52,845 bases of DNA from a virus, in IMG/VR virus record IMGVR_UViG_3300034251_000012, positions 1-52,845 of that record. One strand, 5' to 3'. Position 1 is the stretch's first letter. Each line of letters opens with the position of its first letter. The notes below the pieces were generated by a model. That model was not told the DNA's origin, made no database searches, and saw nothing but the letters and a program-made list of their open reading frames with translations. The translations under genes and the position numbers were made by a program. Shown here one piece after another: positions 17,791 to 25,940 of this stretch.

Positions 17791-18450
17791 TTACTGCCCC
17801 GCCTTCGGCTCCAGCTCCGCGATAGACGCGGCGAACTCTTCGGCGTTGCGCTTCATGGTCTTGACCGCCCGGTCGAGCTTCCGGCGCGAGTCGGCATCGA
17901 GCAGGAGTTTCAGCTCGCCCCCCTCGTCCACCATCTTTTGCAGGTCGTCGCCCTGCGTGCGCAGGAATATGAGCGAGCCGGTCGTGATGCCGGTGAAGAT
18001 GAGCTGGCTGCGTCCCTTGATGACGAGCATGCCCTCGGAGTTCAATTGCTGCGCCGTGACTAGGAGGTTCTCGACGAGCGTGGCCACATCGCCGCCGCCG
18101 ATCTCGTCGAGGCGCGCGATGTTCTCCGCGGCCGCGAGCGCGATGGCGTTGCCTCGCTGGCCGAGGCGCGCCATGCGAAGCGCGTCGGCGGGCATCACCT
18201 CACCGGAGCGTCGAAGGGAGCGCACGGTGGCGATGCCGGATTCGAGGGCGGTCGCGGCGATGTCGAAGGAGGAGGCGACCGCGCGGACGATCTGCTTCTG
18301 CCGCTCGACCTTTTTCTGTTCGGGGGTGCGGTTGTCGTTGGCTGTTTTGTCGGACGGGCAGCCGGTCAGGGCCGCGACCGAGAGGATGAGCGCGAGGAGG
18401 GTGGCGGTATTTGTTCGGAGAAGTCTGCTGATCACGTTATGTCCTTTCAT
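17791..18450 (-). CDS. Lipoprotein of unknown function
   Basis: Signal peptide with lipobox: ATLLALILSVAALTGCPSD. Confidence 0.65.
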   Translation of the reverse strand: MKGHNVISRLLRTNTATLLALILSVAALTGCPSDKTANDNRTPEQKKVERQKQIVRAVASSFDIAATALESGIATVRSLRRSGEVMPADALRMARLGQRGNAIALAAAENIARLDEIGGGDVATLVENLLVTAQQLNSEGMLVIKGRSQLIFTGITTGSLIFLRTQGDDLQKMVDEGGELKLLLDADSRRKLDRAVKTMKRNAEEFAASIAELEPKAGQ

Positions 18451-18594
18451 CTATTCACGATTCGGCCTAGACGGAAGGGAGCGAGGTGGTGACCTCGCTC
18501 CCTTATCCCCCATTCGAGGGCGCGCCGCTTTCAAGCGTTACTCGCGCAACGGACGCCTTGTGTCTGGGGCGCGCGCTCGACTTTCCCGGTTCGG

Positions 18595-18945
18595 CTAGGC
18601 GGTGGTGATGGCCGTGTCGCCCGGCGGTGCGTGTTCATTCGTCGCCGCCCTGCTGTAGGGAGACGCGTGCCCGCTTTCGGCGTTGACGAGCGCAACGAGG
18701 CGCGTGCCCGGCGGCGACTCGGCCTCGGGCGCGGAGAGCGCCTGCTCGTGGTTAAGGAATGCCGCGATCTCAGCGGCCGGGGTGATGCTGGTGGTACTGG
18801 CGGCCTGGGCGACGACATGCGTCGTCATCGTCGCTTCGGTGCGCGCGCCGGGCGAGGACTGCGCAGCGGCCATGTCGGGCAGCAGCGTGTAGATCATGAG
18901 AATGGCGACCGCCATCGTGACGAACGCCAACCGGTTGATTCGCAT
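18595..18945 (-). CDS. Secreted or membrane-anchored protein
   Basis: The N-terminus MRINRLAFVTMAVAILMIYTLLPDMAAAQS looks like a signal peptide or signal anchor. Confidence 0.5.
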   Translation of the reverse strand: MRINRLAFVTMAVAILMIYTLLPDMAAAQSSPGARTEATMTTHVVAQAASTTSITPAAEIAAFLNHEQALSAPEAESPPGTRLVALVNAESGHASPYSRAATNEHAPPGDTAITTA

Positions 18946-19017
18946 AAAGCTCTTTCCTCCTTCGGAGTAACTCGACGTGGAACAACTAAGATCACGTGGG
19001 GAATTAAGGAATTATGA

Positions 19018-19365
19018 CTACTTGTTTTGCGCGCGCGATCTGACGGCCGAGATAAGCTGTCCGATGGCCTGGACTTTAGCGACCGAGACGTCGCCGCGTT
19101 TGTCAACATACTTCCAGCCGACGGCCGCGCCGCCGATGATGCCGGCGCTCACCAGATATTTAAGGGCGTCGATCAGAATGGGACGCACCACCGGGTCTTC
19201 AACGAAGATAAGTCCGAGCACGATGACGAGCAGGAGCGCGACCGGCGCGAGGGCCGAGATGATGGCGACTTTGAAGCTGGACGTCTCGACGCCGGGCTTC
19301 GGCGGCTCGACGACGGAGGAGACGGCTTCGGCCGCGTTTGTGTTCACAGAGTTCTCATCAGCCAT
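19018..19365 (-). CDS. Holin candidate (two transmembrane segments)
   Basis: Hydrophobic segments FKVAIISALAPVALLLVIVLGLIFV and LVSAGIIGGAAVGW, with a charged C-terminus. It lies directly downstream of the endolysin gene. Confidence 0.55.
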   Translation of the reverse strand: MADENSVNTNAAEAVSSVVEPPKPGVETSSFKVAIISALAPVALLLVIVLGLIFVEDPVVRPILIDALKYLVSAGIIGGAAVGWKYVDKRGDVSVAKVQAIGQLISAVRSRAQNK

Positions 19366-19376
19366 GGTTTACCTCA

Positions 19377-19847
19377 TCACTTAGGTTGCAAGCGTTCGAC
19401 TTCAGACCACACCAACGGCAGCCCAGCGCGCTGGTAGAGCGAGTAACAGAGCGACACCGGCGGAACTGGCTTCATCTGCACGTGCGGCAGATCGGGCTTG
19501 CGCCACGTGCCGCCCCACTCCAATCCGACTCGCGCGGCCTCGCGTCCGATGGCTTTCCAGACCGGGTGCGGCTCCGGCCAGCCGAGTTTGCCGTTCACGA
19601 CGAGCGCGAAGTCCACGGCCAGCCCGAAATTGTGATATGACCGACCTCCGCGGGCGTCGGTCACTTGCGGACGTTTATCGCCATTGCGTCCCTGCGCGTA
19701 GAGGGCGTTCTGCTCTTCGACGGTGCGTAGTCCCTGAGTGACTTCCAGTTGGAATCCCTGCTTGGCGAGGGACTGCACAAGCAGTCGCACCCGGCGCGCG
19801 AATTCGGGATAGAGAGAGGTGAGTCTATTTTCGGACGATTTATTCAT
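19377..19847 (-). CDS. Endolysin, peptidase M15 (VanY / L-Ala-D-Glu peptidase-like)
   Basis: Zn-ligand motifs GGRSYHNFGLAVDF and EWGGTWRKPDLPHVQ are present. The start is set at the internal ATG at 19847 (MNKSSENR); the longer 243-aa track ORF runs through the regulatory repeat. Confidence 0.85.
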   Translation of the reverse strand: MNKSSENRLTSLYPEFARRVRLLVQSLAKQGFQLEVTQGLRTVEEQNALYAQGRNGDKRPQVTDARGGRSYHNFGLAVDFALVVNGKLGWPEPHPVWKAIGREAARVGLEWGGTWRKPDLPHVQMKPVPPVSLCYSLYQRAGLPLVWSEVERLQPK

Positions 19848-19874
19848 CTTGTAATTCTCAACAGCGGCCGGGCG

Positions 19875-19931
19875 ATTATGACCGCTCACATCACGGAAAC
19901 GGTGGGCGCACGGGAAACGCACGGGAAACGA
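19875..19931 (-). promoter_or_regulatory. Candidate late promoter B: the same 31-nt element, then 20 nt, then a CATAAT -10 box
   Basis: The 31-mer is identical to that at 13593-13623. The -10-like hexamer lies 20 nt downstream, about 28 nt upstream of the endolysin ATG. Confidence 0.45.
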
Positions 19932-19932
19932 G

Positions 19933-20157
19933 TTAGTACGGTTGCTGCTTGAGCCTTGCGGAGCGACGCGCGGATAGCCGTTTGCGGTCGCGATCCATGT
20001 CCTGATGCGTCTTGCATTGCTTTTTGCCGGTGGCGGGAGAGTCTCCGCATTCCGGGCACAGATTGGCGGCGCGGCGCGTGCCGCGCAGGCGGCGCATACG
20101 CACGGCACCGGGCGACTCGTCTCGGGGCATTGCCGACTGCGGTCTCTTCGTCGTCAC
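19933..20157 (-). CDS. Small basic Cys/His-containing protein (possible zinc-binding DNA-binding protein)
   Basis: A 74-aa protein with CPECG...CKTH and an Arg-rich composition. Its stop lies 2 nt before late element B. Confidence 0.45.
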   Translation of the reverse strand: MTTKRPQSAMPRDESPGAVRMRRLRGTRRAANLCPECGDSPATGKKQCKTHQDMDRDRKRLSARRSARLKQQPY

Positions 20158-20195
20158 TATCGTCCTCCACTAGGTTCTGCGTTGAGGAGCGGGGT

Positions 20196-20432
20196 TTACA
20201 TTGAACCGTGTCGCGCGCCACGCCGGCCGGAAGACCCTTCCTCTGTCTGGGCGACGACCTTGTCCTCTCTCAGCCTGACGACCGCCGCGACCTCGCTGCC
20301 CTCACCGGGGTTGTAATGATTCACCTGCACCGTGAGGTCGCACTGCTCGGCGTGACGGATGGCCAGCTTGAGCAGTTTGGCGACGTTGACGACCTTCTTC
20401 GCGGCGGCTATCTGTTTTTCGTTGACGTTCAT
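20196..20432 (-). CDS. Hypothetical protein (78 aa)
   Basis: Internal ATG (MNVNEKQIAAAKK...) within the 209-aa track ORF. Its start overlaps the upstream small ORF stop as ATGA. Confidence 0.4.
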   Translation of the reverse strand: MNVNEKQIAAAKKVVNVAKLLKLAIRHAEQCDLTVQVNHYNPGEGSEVAAVVRLREDKVVAQTEEGSSGRRGARHGSM

Positions 20433-20578
20433 GAGTTCCTCCCCAAGAAAGGCGCCGCCACCGCGAGCAGCGCCGCGCAAATGACGAGCAGAATGAGGTA
20501 GGCCGTCCACGTAAGACAGCAGCGGCAGCCGCCGAAGGCGGCCAGTTCGGCGAGGGCAGGGTTGTCGGAGAGGTTCAT
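20429..20578 (-). CDS. Small membrane protein (49 aa)
   Basis: Sequence MNLSDNPALAELAAFGGCRCCLTWTAYLILLVICAALLAVAAPFLGRNS, translated by hand. It has ATGA overlaps at both ends (20575-20578 and 20429-20432). Confidence 0.4.
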   Translation of the reverse strand: MNLSDNPALAELAAFGGCRCCLTWTAYLILLVICAALLAVAAPFLGRNS

Positions 20579-21654
20579 CGCGCTCCTCCGGCCGCGAGCA
20601 GGTCTTTGCTTGCCGCGGCCTCTTGTTGCAGTCGTTCGAGTTCGGCTTCGAGGCGGGGGTGTTTACATTTGGCGGTGCCGCGCGCGCGGCCTTCCGGCGT
20701 GTCTTCGCCGGCCGGGTACCAGAATCCTTTGCCGTGACAGTCCGGGCAGGCGGAAGTGTCGCGCGGACGTTTCGGCTCGGCCGGGTTTTCGACCTTCGCG
20801 ACGAACTCGCGGACGGCGCCGTCATAGACGCCGGCGCGCGCGTCTTTCGTCATGGCGTAGCCGTGCGGGTTGTGGACGCTCTGCTGGTTGCGGGCGTAGG
20901 CGATACGCACCTCGTCGCAGAATTCCGATCCGTGCGGAGTTTTACACTCACACACCGGCTTCTCCGCCGGGTGGCCTCGACCGTTCGCGGGAGTCTCGGA
21001 AGGCGCGGCGGCTGTGTGTGTGTGTTTCTCCTGGATTTCTTCCTGGATTTCCCCTGTGTATTGTGTGTAAGTCCCACTTACCACCCCCGGTATGTCGGAC
21101 TTACCGGGGGTGGTAAGTGGCATTGACCGGGGGCGGTAAGTCCCACTTACTGGCTTAGCCGGTAAGTCCGACATACCGGTGTCCGATAAAGCTGGTAAGT
21201 CAGACTTACCAGCTCCGCGCGTGTGGCGGGGGGTGGTTTCGCGGGCGCTCTCGGTGCGCTCCCGGCCGCGCCGTTTGCTCTCGGCGGCGCGCCGTTCGAG
21301 GCCGGCCACGTCCACCTTCCCCGCGCTCAGTTGAAGCGTGTAGCAGGCAGCCTCGTTCATCTGCCGGTTGTTCGGCTCGATTAAGACCTGGAGGCCGAAC
21401 TGTTCGAGCGTGGCGAGCGCCTTGATGATGGTCGGGCGCGAGAGGCCGGTGCCGTGGTCAAGCGGGTTACCGTTGCGGTCGCGCGCGCCCTGCTCGTATT
21501 GCGTGAGGCTGATGCGATCCTGCCGCTTCTGGAAGCCGAAGATGCGCCGGACGGTGTAAGTCAGCACTTTCCACTCGTCCGAGGTCAGCAGGTGCATGAA
21601 CTGATCGACGTAATCATTAGGGGTTTGATAGCTGTTGGGTATGAAATCGGTCAC
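20575..21654 (-). CDS. Replication initiator (lambda O-like winged-helix N-terminus) with a C-terminal CxxCxGxG zinc motif
   Basis: The N-terminus DEWKVLTYTVRRIFGFQKRQDRISLTQ...GLSRPTIIKALATLEQFG is typical of phage replication-O-type wHTH proteins. An iteron cluster lies inside the gene. The C-terminus carries CPDCHGKGFWYP. Confidence 0.65.
   Translation of the reverse strand: MTDFIPNSYQTPNDYVDQFMHLLTSDEWKVLTYTVRRIFGFQKRQDRISLTQYEQGARDRNGNPLDHGTGLSRPTIIKALATLEQFGLQVLIEPNNRQMNEAACYTLQLSAGKVDVAGLERRAAESKRRGRERTESARETTPRHTRGAGKSDLPALSDTGMSDLPAKPVSGTYRPRSMPLTTPGKSDIPGVVSGTYTQYTGEIQEEIQEKHTHTAAAPSETPANGRGHPAEKPVCECKTPHGSEFCDEVRIAYARNQQSVHNPHGYAMTKDARAGVYDGAVREFVAKVENPAEPKRPRDTSACPDCHGKGFWYPAGEDTPEGRARGTAKCKHPRLEAELERLQQEAAASKDLLAAGGAR
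21029..21213. repeat. Iteron / inverted-repeat cluster (candidate lytic origin) inside the initiator gene
   Basis: About nine GGTAAGT/ACTTACC heptamers occur within ~150 bp. A 21-nt inverted pair is present: ccggtatgtcggacttaccgg (21087-21107) and ccggtaagtccgacataccgg (21159-21179). There is a palindrome gctggtaagtcagacttaccagc (21191-21213) and a tandem TCCTGGATTTC x2 (21029-21051). Confidence 0.6.
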
Positions 21655-21974
21655 TCGCCCCTCCGCTTTCTCGCCACGGCCGCGGCCAGCGATTCGAGCT
21701 GCGCGTCCGGTGACTCCCCACTCCCGGCCGGGGCTGTGACGGGGGCGGCAGGAGGCTCCGCCGCGAGACTCACGCCCGGTTCCATCCTGACGACGAAGTA
21801 GACGCCCCTGAGCGCCGCGCGTTCGGCCGTTTGGGTCGTCCCCTCCTCGAAGATGAGGATGTCGCCCGGTCGCGCGCCGAGCTTGTCTCTGACCGACGCG
21901 GGGACGCGCGCGCGGTAGCCCCCGCTGCCGTCGAGGAGGAATTGCGCTTTAGCCGTGATGAATTCTCTGGTCAT
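21651..21974 (-). CDS. AbrB/SpoVT-like DNA-binding protein
   Basis: The motif RARVPASVRDKLGARPGDILIFEE matches the swapped-hairpin AbrB/MazE signature. Its stop overlaps the initiator start by 4 nt. Confidence 0.55.
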   Translation of the reverse strand: MTREFITAKAQFLLDGSGGYRARVPASVRDKLGARPGDILIFEEGTTQTAERAALRGVYFVVRMEPGVSLAAEPPAAPVTAPAGSGESPDAQLESLAAAVARKRRGE

Positions 21975-21986
21975 AAAGATTCGACT

Positions 21987-22412
21987 CTAAAATGTTTGGA
22001 GTGGCGCGGAGGCCGTGAACTCCTCGTCGCGCAGGTAGTAGTTCGTCAGCATGCGCACGTCTCGCGACTTGATGCGCCCGTCTATTTCCAACCGCTCGAT
22101 GGCTGTCATGAAGTCGGAATTGCGGAGCGCCGTCGCCTGCTTGATGGCGGCGCAGGTGCGGCGGCCGGCGGCGACGGCTTCGAGCACCCGGCGCTCGCCG
22201 TCCGAGACTCCCGCCGTCTGGCTCGCCACGCGTCCGGGCGAGCGCATCTGCCCGCGCCGCCAGGCGGCTTTGACGTCCGCGTCGCCGTATATCCGCGACG
22301 TGAGCGTCCCCGGCTTCAGCCACAACTCCCGCGCGGCCGCGCCCACGTTGAGGCCACGCGCGGCGAGGTCTTCGAGGGCTGCCAGATCAATCGCGATTTT
22401 CGTCGGCATCAA
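21987..22412 (-). CDS. HTH DNA-binding protein
   Basis: The N-terminus LAARGLNVGAAARELWLKPGTLTSRI is HTH-like. A second wHTH-like segment is ERRVLEAVAAGRRTCAAIKQA. Confidence 0.5.
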   Translation of the reverse strand: MMPTKIAIDLAALEDLAARGLNVGAAARELWLKPGTLTSRIYGDADVKAAWRRGQMRSPGRVASQTAGVSDGERRVLEAVAAGRRTCAAIKQATALRNSDFMTAIERLEIDGRIKSRDVRMLTNYYLRDEEFTASAPLQTF

Positions 22413-22427
22413 CTATTCCCCTGCGAC

Positions 22428-22658
22428 TCAAAACATCTTCGGCGGCGGCGGAGGTTGCGCGCCCTCTTTGCGGCGGCTGATCGTGTCGCTCCATGCGGCG
22501 TGCGTCCGGCGGAGCGTGTAGATGTCCTGCGCGCCCCACCCGTCCACGTTCGCCTGCCTGACGGGATGGCCGAGCACCCGCCCACACATCGCCTTGATGT
22601 CGGCGAGGAGGCGGAGGCGCTCGCCGTCCGTGGAAGGCATGATGAAGCCGCGCGGCAT
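22428..22658 (-). CDS. Hypothetical protein
   Basis: A 76-aa ORF in the early operon. Confidence 0.45.
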   Translation of the reverse strand: MPRGFIMPSTDGERLRLLADIKAMCGRVLGHPVRQANVDGWGAQDIYTLRRTHAAWSDTISRRKEGAQPPPPPKMF

Positions 22659-22825
22659 CAGTCCACCCGGTCGCGCGCGAGCACCGCGTTGAGGCGCACG
22701 CGATCCTCTTCGGTCGCGGCGGCGCTGAACTTGTTCTTCAGGACGTTGCGCTCCTCGATGAGGCGCTTCCCTTCCTCCGAGACGCGTCCGACGACGCGTG
22801 ACCCGTCAAATACTTCACTCGGCAT
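22658..22825 (-). CDS. Hypothetical protein (55 aa)
   Basis: Internal ATG (MPSEVFDG...) preceded by GGGAGGGG. The upstream part of the 204-aa track ORF overlaps the zinc-ribbon gene and is probably not coding. Confidence 0.4.
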   Translation of the reverse strand: MPSEVFDGSRVVGRVSEEGKRLIEERNVLKNKFSAAATEEDRVRLNAVLARDRVD

Positions 22826-22836
22826 AAACCCCTCCC

Positions 22837-23067
22837 TCATGCCGCCGGCATCAACTTGAACAAGTCGGCCGGCAGCGGAAACTTTCGCCTGCACGCCTTT
22901 TGCGCGCACGTCACTTCGCCCCCGCGCCCCACCGCCTCCACGTCGTGTTTGTCCCACCCGGCAGACTTCGGGAAGCCCGGAGAGTTCACGACCGCGGTGC
23001 AGTGCGGGCAGAAGACCCAGACGATGATGTCGCTGATCTGGAATGTGGCGGGCGTCTTGCGTGGCAT
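22837..23067 (-). CDS. Zinc-ribbon protein
   Basis: CPHC ... CAQKAC forms a four-Cys arrangement in 76 aa. Confidence 0.5.
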   Translation of the reverse strand: MPRKTPATFQISDIIVWVFCPHCTAVVNSPGFPKSAGWDKHDVEAVGRGGEVTCAQKACRRKFPLPADLFKLMPAA

Positions 23068-23099
23068 GTGCGGCCTCCTGTGTTATCGGACACGCACGG

Positions 23100-23321
23100 T
23101 TAGAGACCGACCACGCGCTCGGCCTGCGGCCCCTTCGGCCCCTGCGTGATCTCGAACTCGACCTCCTGCCCCTCTTCGAGCGTCTTGAAGCCGTCGCCCT
23201 GAATGGCGCTGTAGTGGACGAAGATGTCGCTCCCGCCCTCCGGGTGGGCGATGAAACCGTAACCCTTTTCATTGTTGAACCACTTGACCTTACCCTTCAA
23301 TTTTTGCGTCTCTTGATCCAT
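23100..23321 (-). CDS. Cold-shock domain protein (CspA family)
   Basis: [15 protein letters not shown] (RNP1) and DIFVHYSAI (RNP2) are present. The protein is 73 aa. Confidence 0.9.
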   Translation of the reverse strand: MDQETQKLKGKVKWFNNEKGYGFIAHPEGGSDIFVHYSAIQGDGFKTLEEGQEVEFEITQGPKGPQAERVVGL

Positions 23322-23453
23322 GTCGCTAATCCGTCCTTTTCCAAGTTAGTTGTCGTCACATCTGGCGTGCGGGAAGGCTCCCGATCCCTCCCGCACTGGC
23401 GGCGCGGTTGTAGAGCTTGTCCGCGTGACGCCTTTTCCAGATTCCTGAGCGGC

Positions 23454-25118
23454 CTATGCCGCCCGTTGCGTTAAATACCGCTCGGCCATCCGCCGGATGT
23501 AATCCCCGTCAACGGCCAGCCTCTCGATGAGCTCACCCTGCGGAGTTCTCACGCCTTCGATCTGCCGGCGCTTCAGTCCCAGCACCTCTGCGATCATCGG
23601 GTCCGCGCCCTCGTCGCTCACCATGAAGTAGGCCATCACCGCGCCCGGTTGCCCGTCGCGATGGACGCGGCCGATGCACTGCTCATGCACGCCGGGCGAC
23701 CAGTCGAGTTCGCCGAAACAGAGCGTCTTCGCCACCCCTTGCAGGCCGTCGAGGCCCGCGCCCGACCGGAGCGACATGATCAGCACTTGCGCGTCACCCT
23801 CGGTGAACGCCTTCTTCGAGTTCTCCTTTTGCGTGATCGATTCCGTCCCGGTGTACATCACGGGCCGCAGGTCGGAGAGGCGGTCGAGCCAGATGGAATA
23901 CACTTCGCGGTGCCAGCCGTAGAGCACGACCCGCTCACCGGATTCGACCAGCAGGCGCACGAAGGCGGCCACATAAGGAGCTTTGGCGATGCCCGTGGCT
24001 TGCCGGAGACGGTTGTTGAACTCCTCCCGCGCGCGCATCTTCTCGCCGCGCCCCTCCTCCCCCGCTCGCAGGATGAGGCGCGCCAGTTCCGCGCAGGAGT
24101 CGCCGACGGCGTCGAGGGCTTTCGGGTCGGCCTCGACGTACTGGTGAAACTTCGAGAGCGCGGGCAGTTCCCGCCCCACGTCCTCACGCGTGCGGCGCAG
24201 CATCAGCCCGGAGTCACGCAGGTACATGCCGAACGCTTTGGGGTTTTTAATCGAAGGCTTCCGGAAATCGCTGTCCGTCCACTCGCGCATGAACTCGTCA
24301 CGCTCGCCGAGACTCCCCGGGGAGACGACGTCCAGCACCGAATAGAACTCGCCGCCGTAGTTGTAAATCGGAGTCGCCGACAGCCCCATCCGGTAGCGCG
24401 CCCGCAACGCCAGGTGCCGCGCCGCCGCATACTTCTGGCTCCCGGCGTGCCTCAACTCCTGGCACTCGTCGAAGCAGACGGAGCGCGTCGTCCGCGCGAG
24501 CGTCTCGGCCCAGCCGTTTAATTTGTGATAATTCAACACGACGACATCGGGTTTCTCTTTGAACGGGTAGGGCTGCCCGCTCTTCGCCACGTGGACGTTC
24601 AGTCCCGGCGCAAATTTGTTCATCTCGTCGCGCCATTGCCGGGGCAGGTGCGCGAGCGTCACGACCGCGGCGGGCAGCGTCTCAGGTTTTGTCAGCGTGC
24701 AGATAAAGCTCACGGTCTTTCCCAGTCCCACGTCGTCGGCGAGCAGGAGGCTTCGCCGGTTCAACATCATCGTCGCCGCCACCTTCTGATACTCGCGCGG
24801 CGGCAGCGCCAGCTCGAATGCGGCCGTCTGCGACCGCTCGTGCATCACGTCGAAGACGTATTGCTCGACCTTCCGGTGCAGCGTCGCCTGCACGCCGAGG
24901 AGCGAGCGGTCGCCCTCCTCCATCTCCAGCGGGTAGCGCTCCATGAACCATTCAAGGTCGCGCGCGTTCTCTCTCGACCCGGATATGCGGTGCGTGCCAT
25001 AGCTCGCCTTCGAGAGCTTCCCGAAGACCCGTTTGAGCCGCATTGAGACGTGCGGCTCGCAGTCCACCAGCCACGTCTCCGATTCACGGTCGAACCTGAC
25101 CCGGCCGTAAGTTTTCAA
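23454..25118 (-). CDS. SNF2-family helicase / DNA translocase
   Basis: Motif I is LLLADDVGLGKT, motif II is VCFDECQELRH and motif VI is EQCIGRVHRDGQ. Confidence 0.9.
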   Translation of the reverse strand: MKTYGRVRFDRESETWLVDCEPHVSMRLKRVFGKLSKASYGTHRISGSRENARDLEWFMERYPLEMEEGDRSLLGVQATLHRKVEQYVFDVMHERSQTAAFELALPPREYQKVAATMMLNRRSLLLADDVGLGKTVSFICTLTKPETLPAAVVTLAHLPRQWRDEMNKFAPGLNVHVAKSGQPYPFKEKPDVVVLNYHKLNGWAETLARTTRSVCFDECQELRHAGSQKYAAARHLALRARYRMGLSATPIYNYGGEFYSVLDVVSPGSLGERDEFMREWTDSDFRKPSIKNPKAFGMYLRDSGLMLRRTREDVGRELPALSKFHQYVEADPKALDAVGDSCAELARLILRAGEEGRGEKMRAREEFNNRLRQATGIAKAPYVAAFVRLLVESGERVVLYGWHREVYSIWLDRLSDLRPVMYTGTESITQKENSKKAFTEGDAQVLIMSLRSGAGLDGLQGVAKTLCFGELDWSPGVHEQCIGRVHRDGQPGAVMAYFMVSDEGADPMIAEVLGLKRRQIEGVRTPQGELIERLAVDGDYIRRMAERYLTQRAA

Positions 25119-25474
25119 AAGGCGTTCCCCATCACCAGGCTGACCATGACGACCGTGCGACCGTTGACGGAATCGGCCGGTATGTAGTGGCTCGCGCGCG
25201 TCGTGACGATGATGATTGAGTCGAGAGCGTCCGATTGCGCGTACCGGTGAACCTGGCGGATGAGCGCGGCATTCGAGCCTCCGATCTTCACCTCGATCCC
25301 CACCCGCCCGACTTTGAAATCAATCCTGTCTTGCGGCGAGAGCCGGTATTCGCGCTCGAAGGCGATGGCCTCCTCCTCGAATGCCCGGGCGATGGCCGCT
25401 TGTAGCTCGTTCTCCGTCTGACCGGCGAAGCGGTACCGCTCAAGCAAGCCGATGAGTCCCTCCAGAGTCGGCAT
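25115..25474 (-). CDS. PD-(D/E)XK nuclease-like protein (VRR-NUC-like)
   Basis: The pattern DRIDF...GIEVKI followed by IRQVHRY fits D...ExK...Q. It is coupled by a 4-nt overlap to the SNF2 gene, a pairing common in phages. Confidence 0.5.
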   Translation of the reverse strand: MPTLEGLIGLLERYRFAGQTENELQAAIARAFEEEAIAFEREYRLSPQDRIDFKVGRVGIEVKIGGSNAALIRQVHRYAQSDALDSIIIVTTRASHYIPADSVNGRTVVMVSLVMGNAF

Positions 25475-25486
25475 GATTTCTCCCGG

Positions 25487-25693
25487 TTATTTCCTGCCGG
25501 TCTTCTTGCCGCTCTGGCCGGTTCGGCGCGTCAGGTTCCCGATCTGCGAGGTGCCGGGCGTGGGGCCTTTGTGCGGCTCCGCGCCGGTCGATCCCCAGCC
25601 GTACCCGGAAGAGCTGCGGTCACATGACGAGCCGTTCGGGTGTCCGCCCGGCGTGTTCCCGCCCTGATTGCTGTTCGAGTCGTGTTCGGACAT
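25487..25693 (-). CDS. Gly/Ser-rich small basic protein
   Basis: A 68-aa low-complexity ORF. Confidence 0.4.
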   Translation of the reverse strand: MSEHDSNSNQGGNTPGGHPNGSSCDRSSSGYGWGSTGAEPHKGPTPGTSQIGNLTRRTGQSGKKTGRK

Positions 25694-25768
25694 CTCGTTA
25701 CTCCCTTCGCTATGTTTGGTTGTTGGTTGAAGTCGTGATGAAAGTGGCGCGTTCCCGCTCGGAGCGGT

Positions 25769-25939
25769 TCAACTACCCATGCCCGCCGCGTCTCGTAGCT
25801 GCTCCGTGTACTCAGTTGCTAAAGCCTCTGCGTCGTCCGCGCCTTCCTCGCTTTCGAGGTACGCAAGGAAATCCTGCCAACGCGACTCTATAAAGCCGAG
25901 CACGCTGCTTAACGGAAGGTCTTCAAGGTTTGGTTTCAT
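25769..25939 (-). CDS. Small acidic hypothetical protein (56 aa)
   Basis: ATG at 25939 preceded by AGGAG. The track start is an upstream TTG. Confidence 0.45.
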   Translation of the reverse strand: MKPNLEDLPLSSVLGFIESRWQDFLAYLESEEGADDAEALATEYTEQLRDAAGMGS

Positions 25940-25940
25940 G

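Noticed and set aside
17110-18945. A spanin pair (i-spanin and o-spanin) downstream of the holin and endolysin genes.
   Set aside because: The lipoprotein is 219 aa, much larger than typical o-spanins. The coiled-coil protein is anchored at its C-terminus rather than its N-terminus. The architecture does not match known spanins, so only generic calls are given.
19848-20108. The N-terminal extension of the endolysin ORF (243-aa version).
   Set aside because: The extension is Arg/Ala/Pro-rich and reads through the conserved 31-nt regulatory repeat and the upstream gene. The M15 domain begins right after the internal ATG at 19847.
20433-20825. The 209-aa ORF 20196..20825 as a single gene.
   Set aside because: Its N-terminal two-thirds overlap the initiator gene end and are extremely Arg/Pro/Ala-rich. 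Two short ATGA-coupled ORFs (20429-20578 and 20196-20432) explain the region better.
21012-21026. Short (GT)n microsatellites, also at about 37719-37733, 41839-41850, 16448-16458 and 1749-1760.
   Set aside because: Each has only 5-7 units. In the two initiator paralogs they simply encode HTHT. They are too short to argue for phase variation.
21029-21213. The repeat cluster as a CRISPR array.
   Set aside because: The repeats are 7-21 nt, mostly inverted rather than regularly spaced direct repeats. They lie inside a coding sequence and no cas genes are present.
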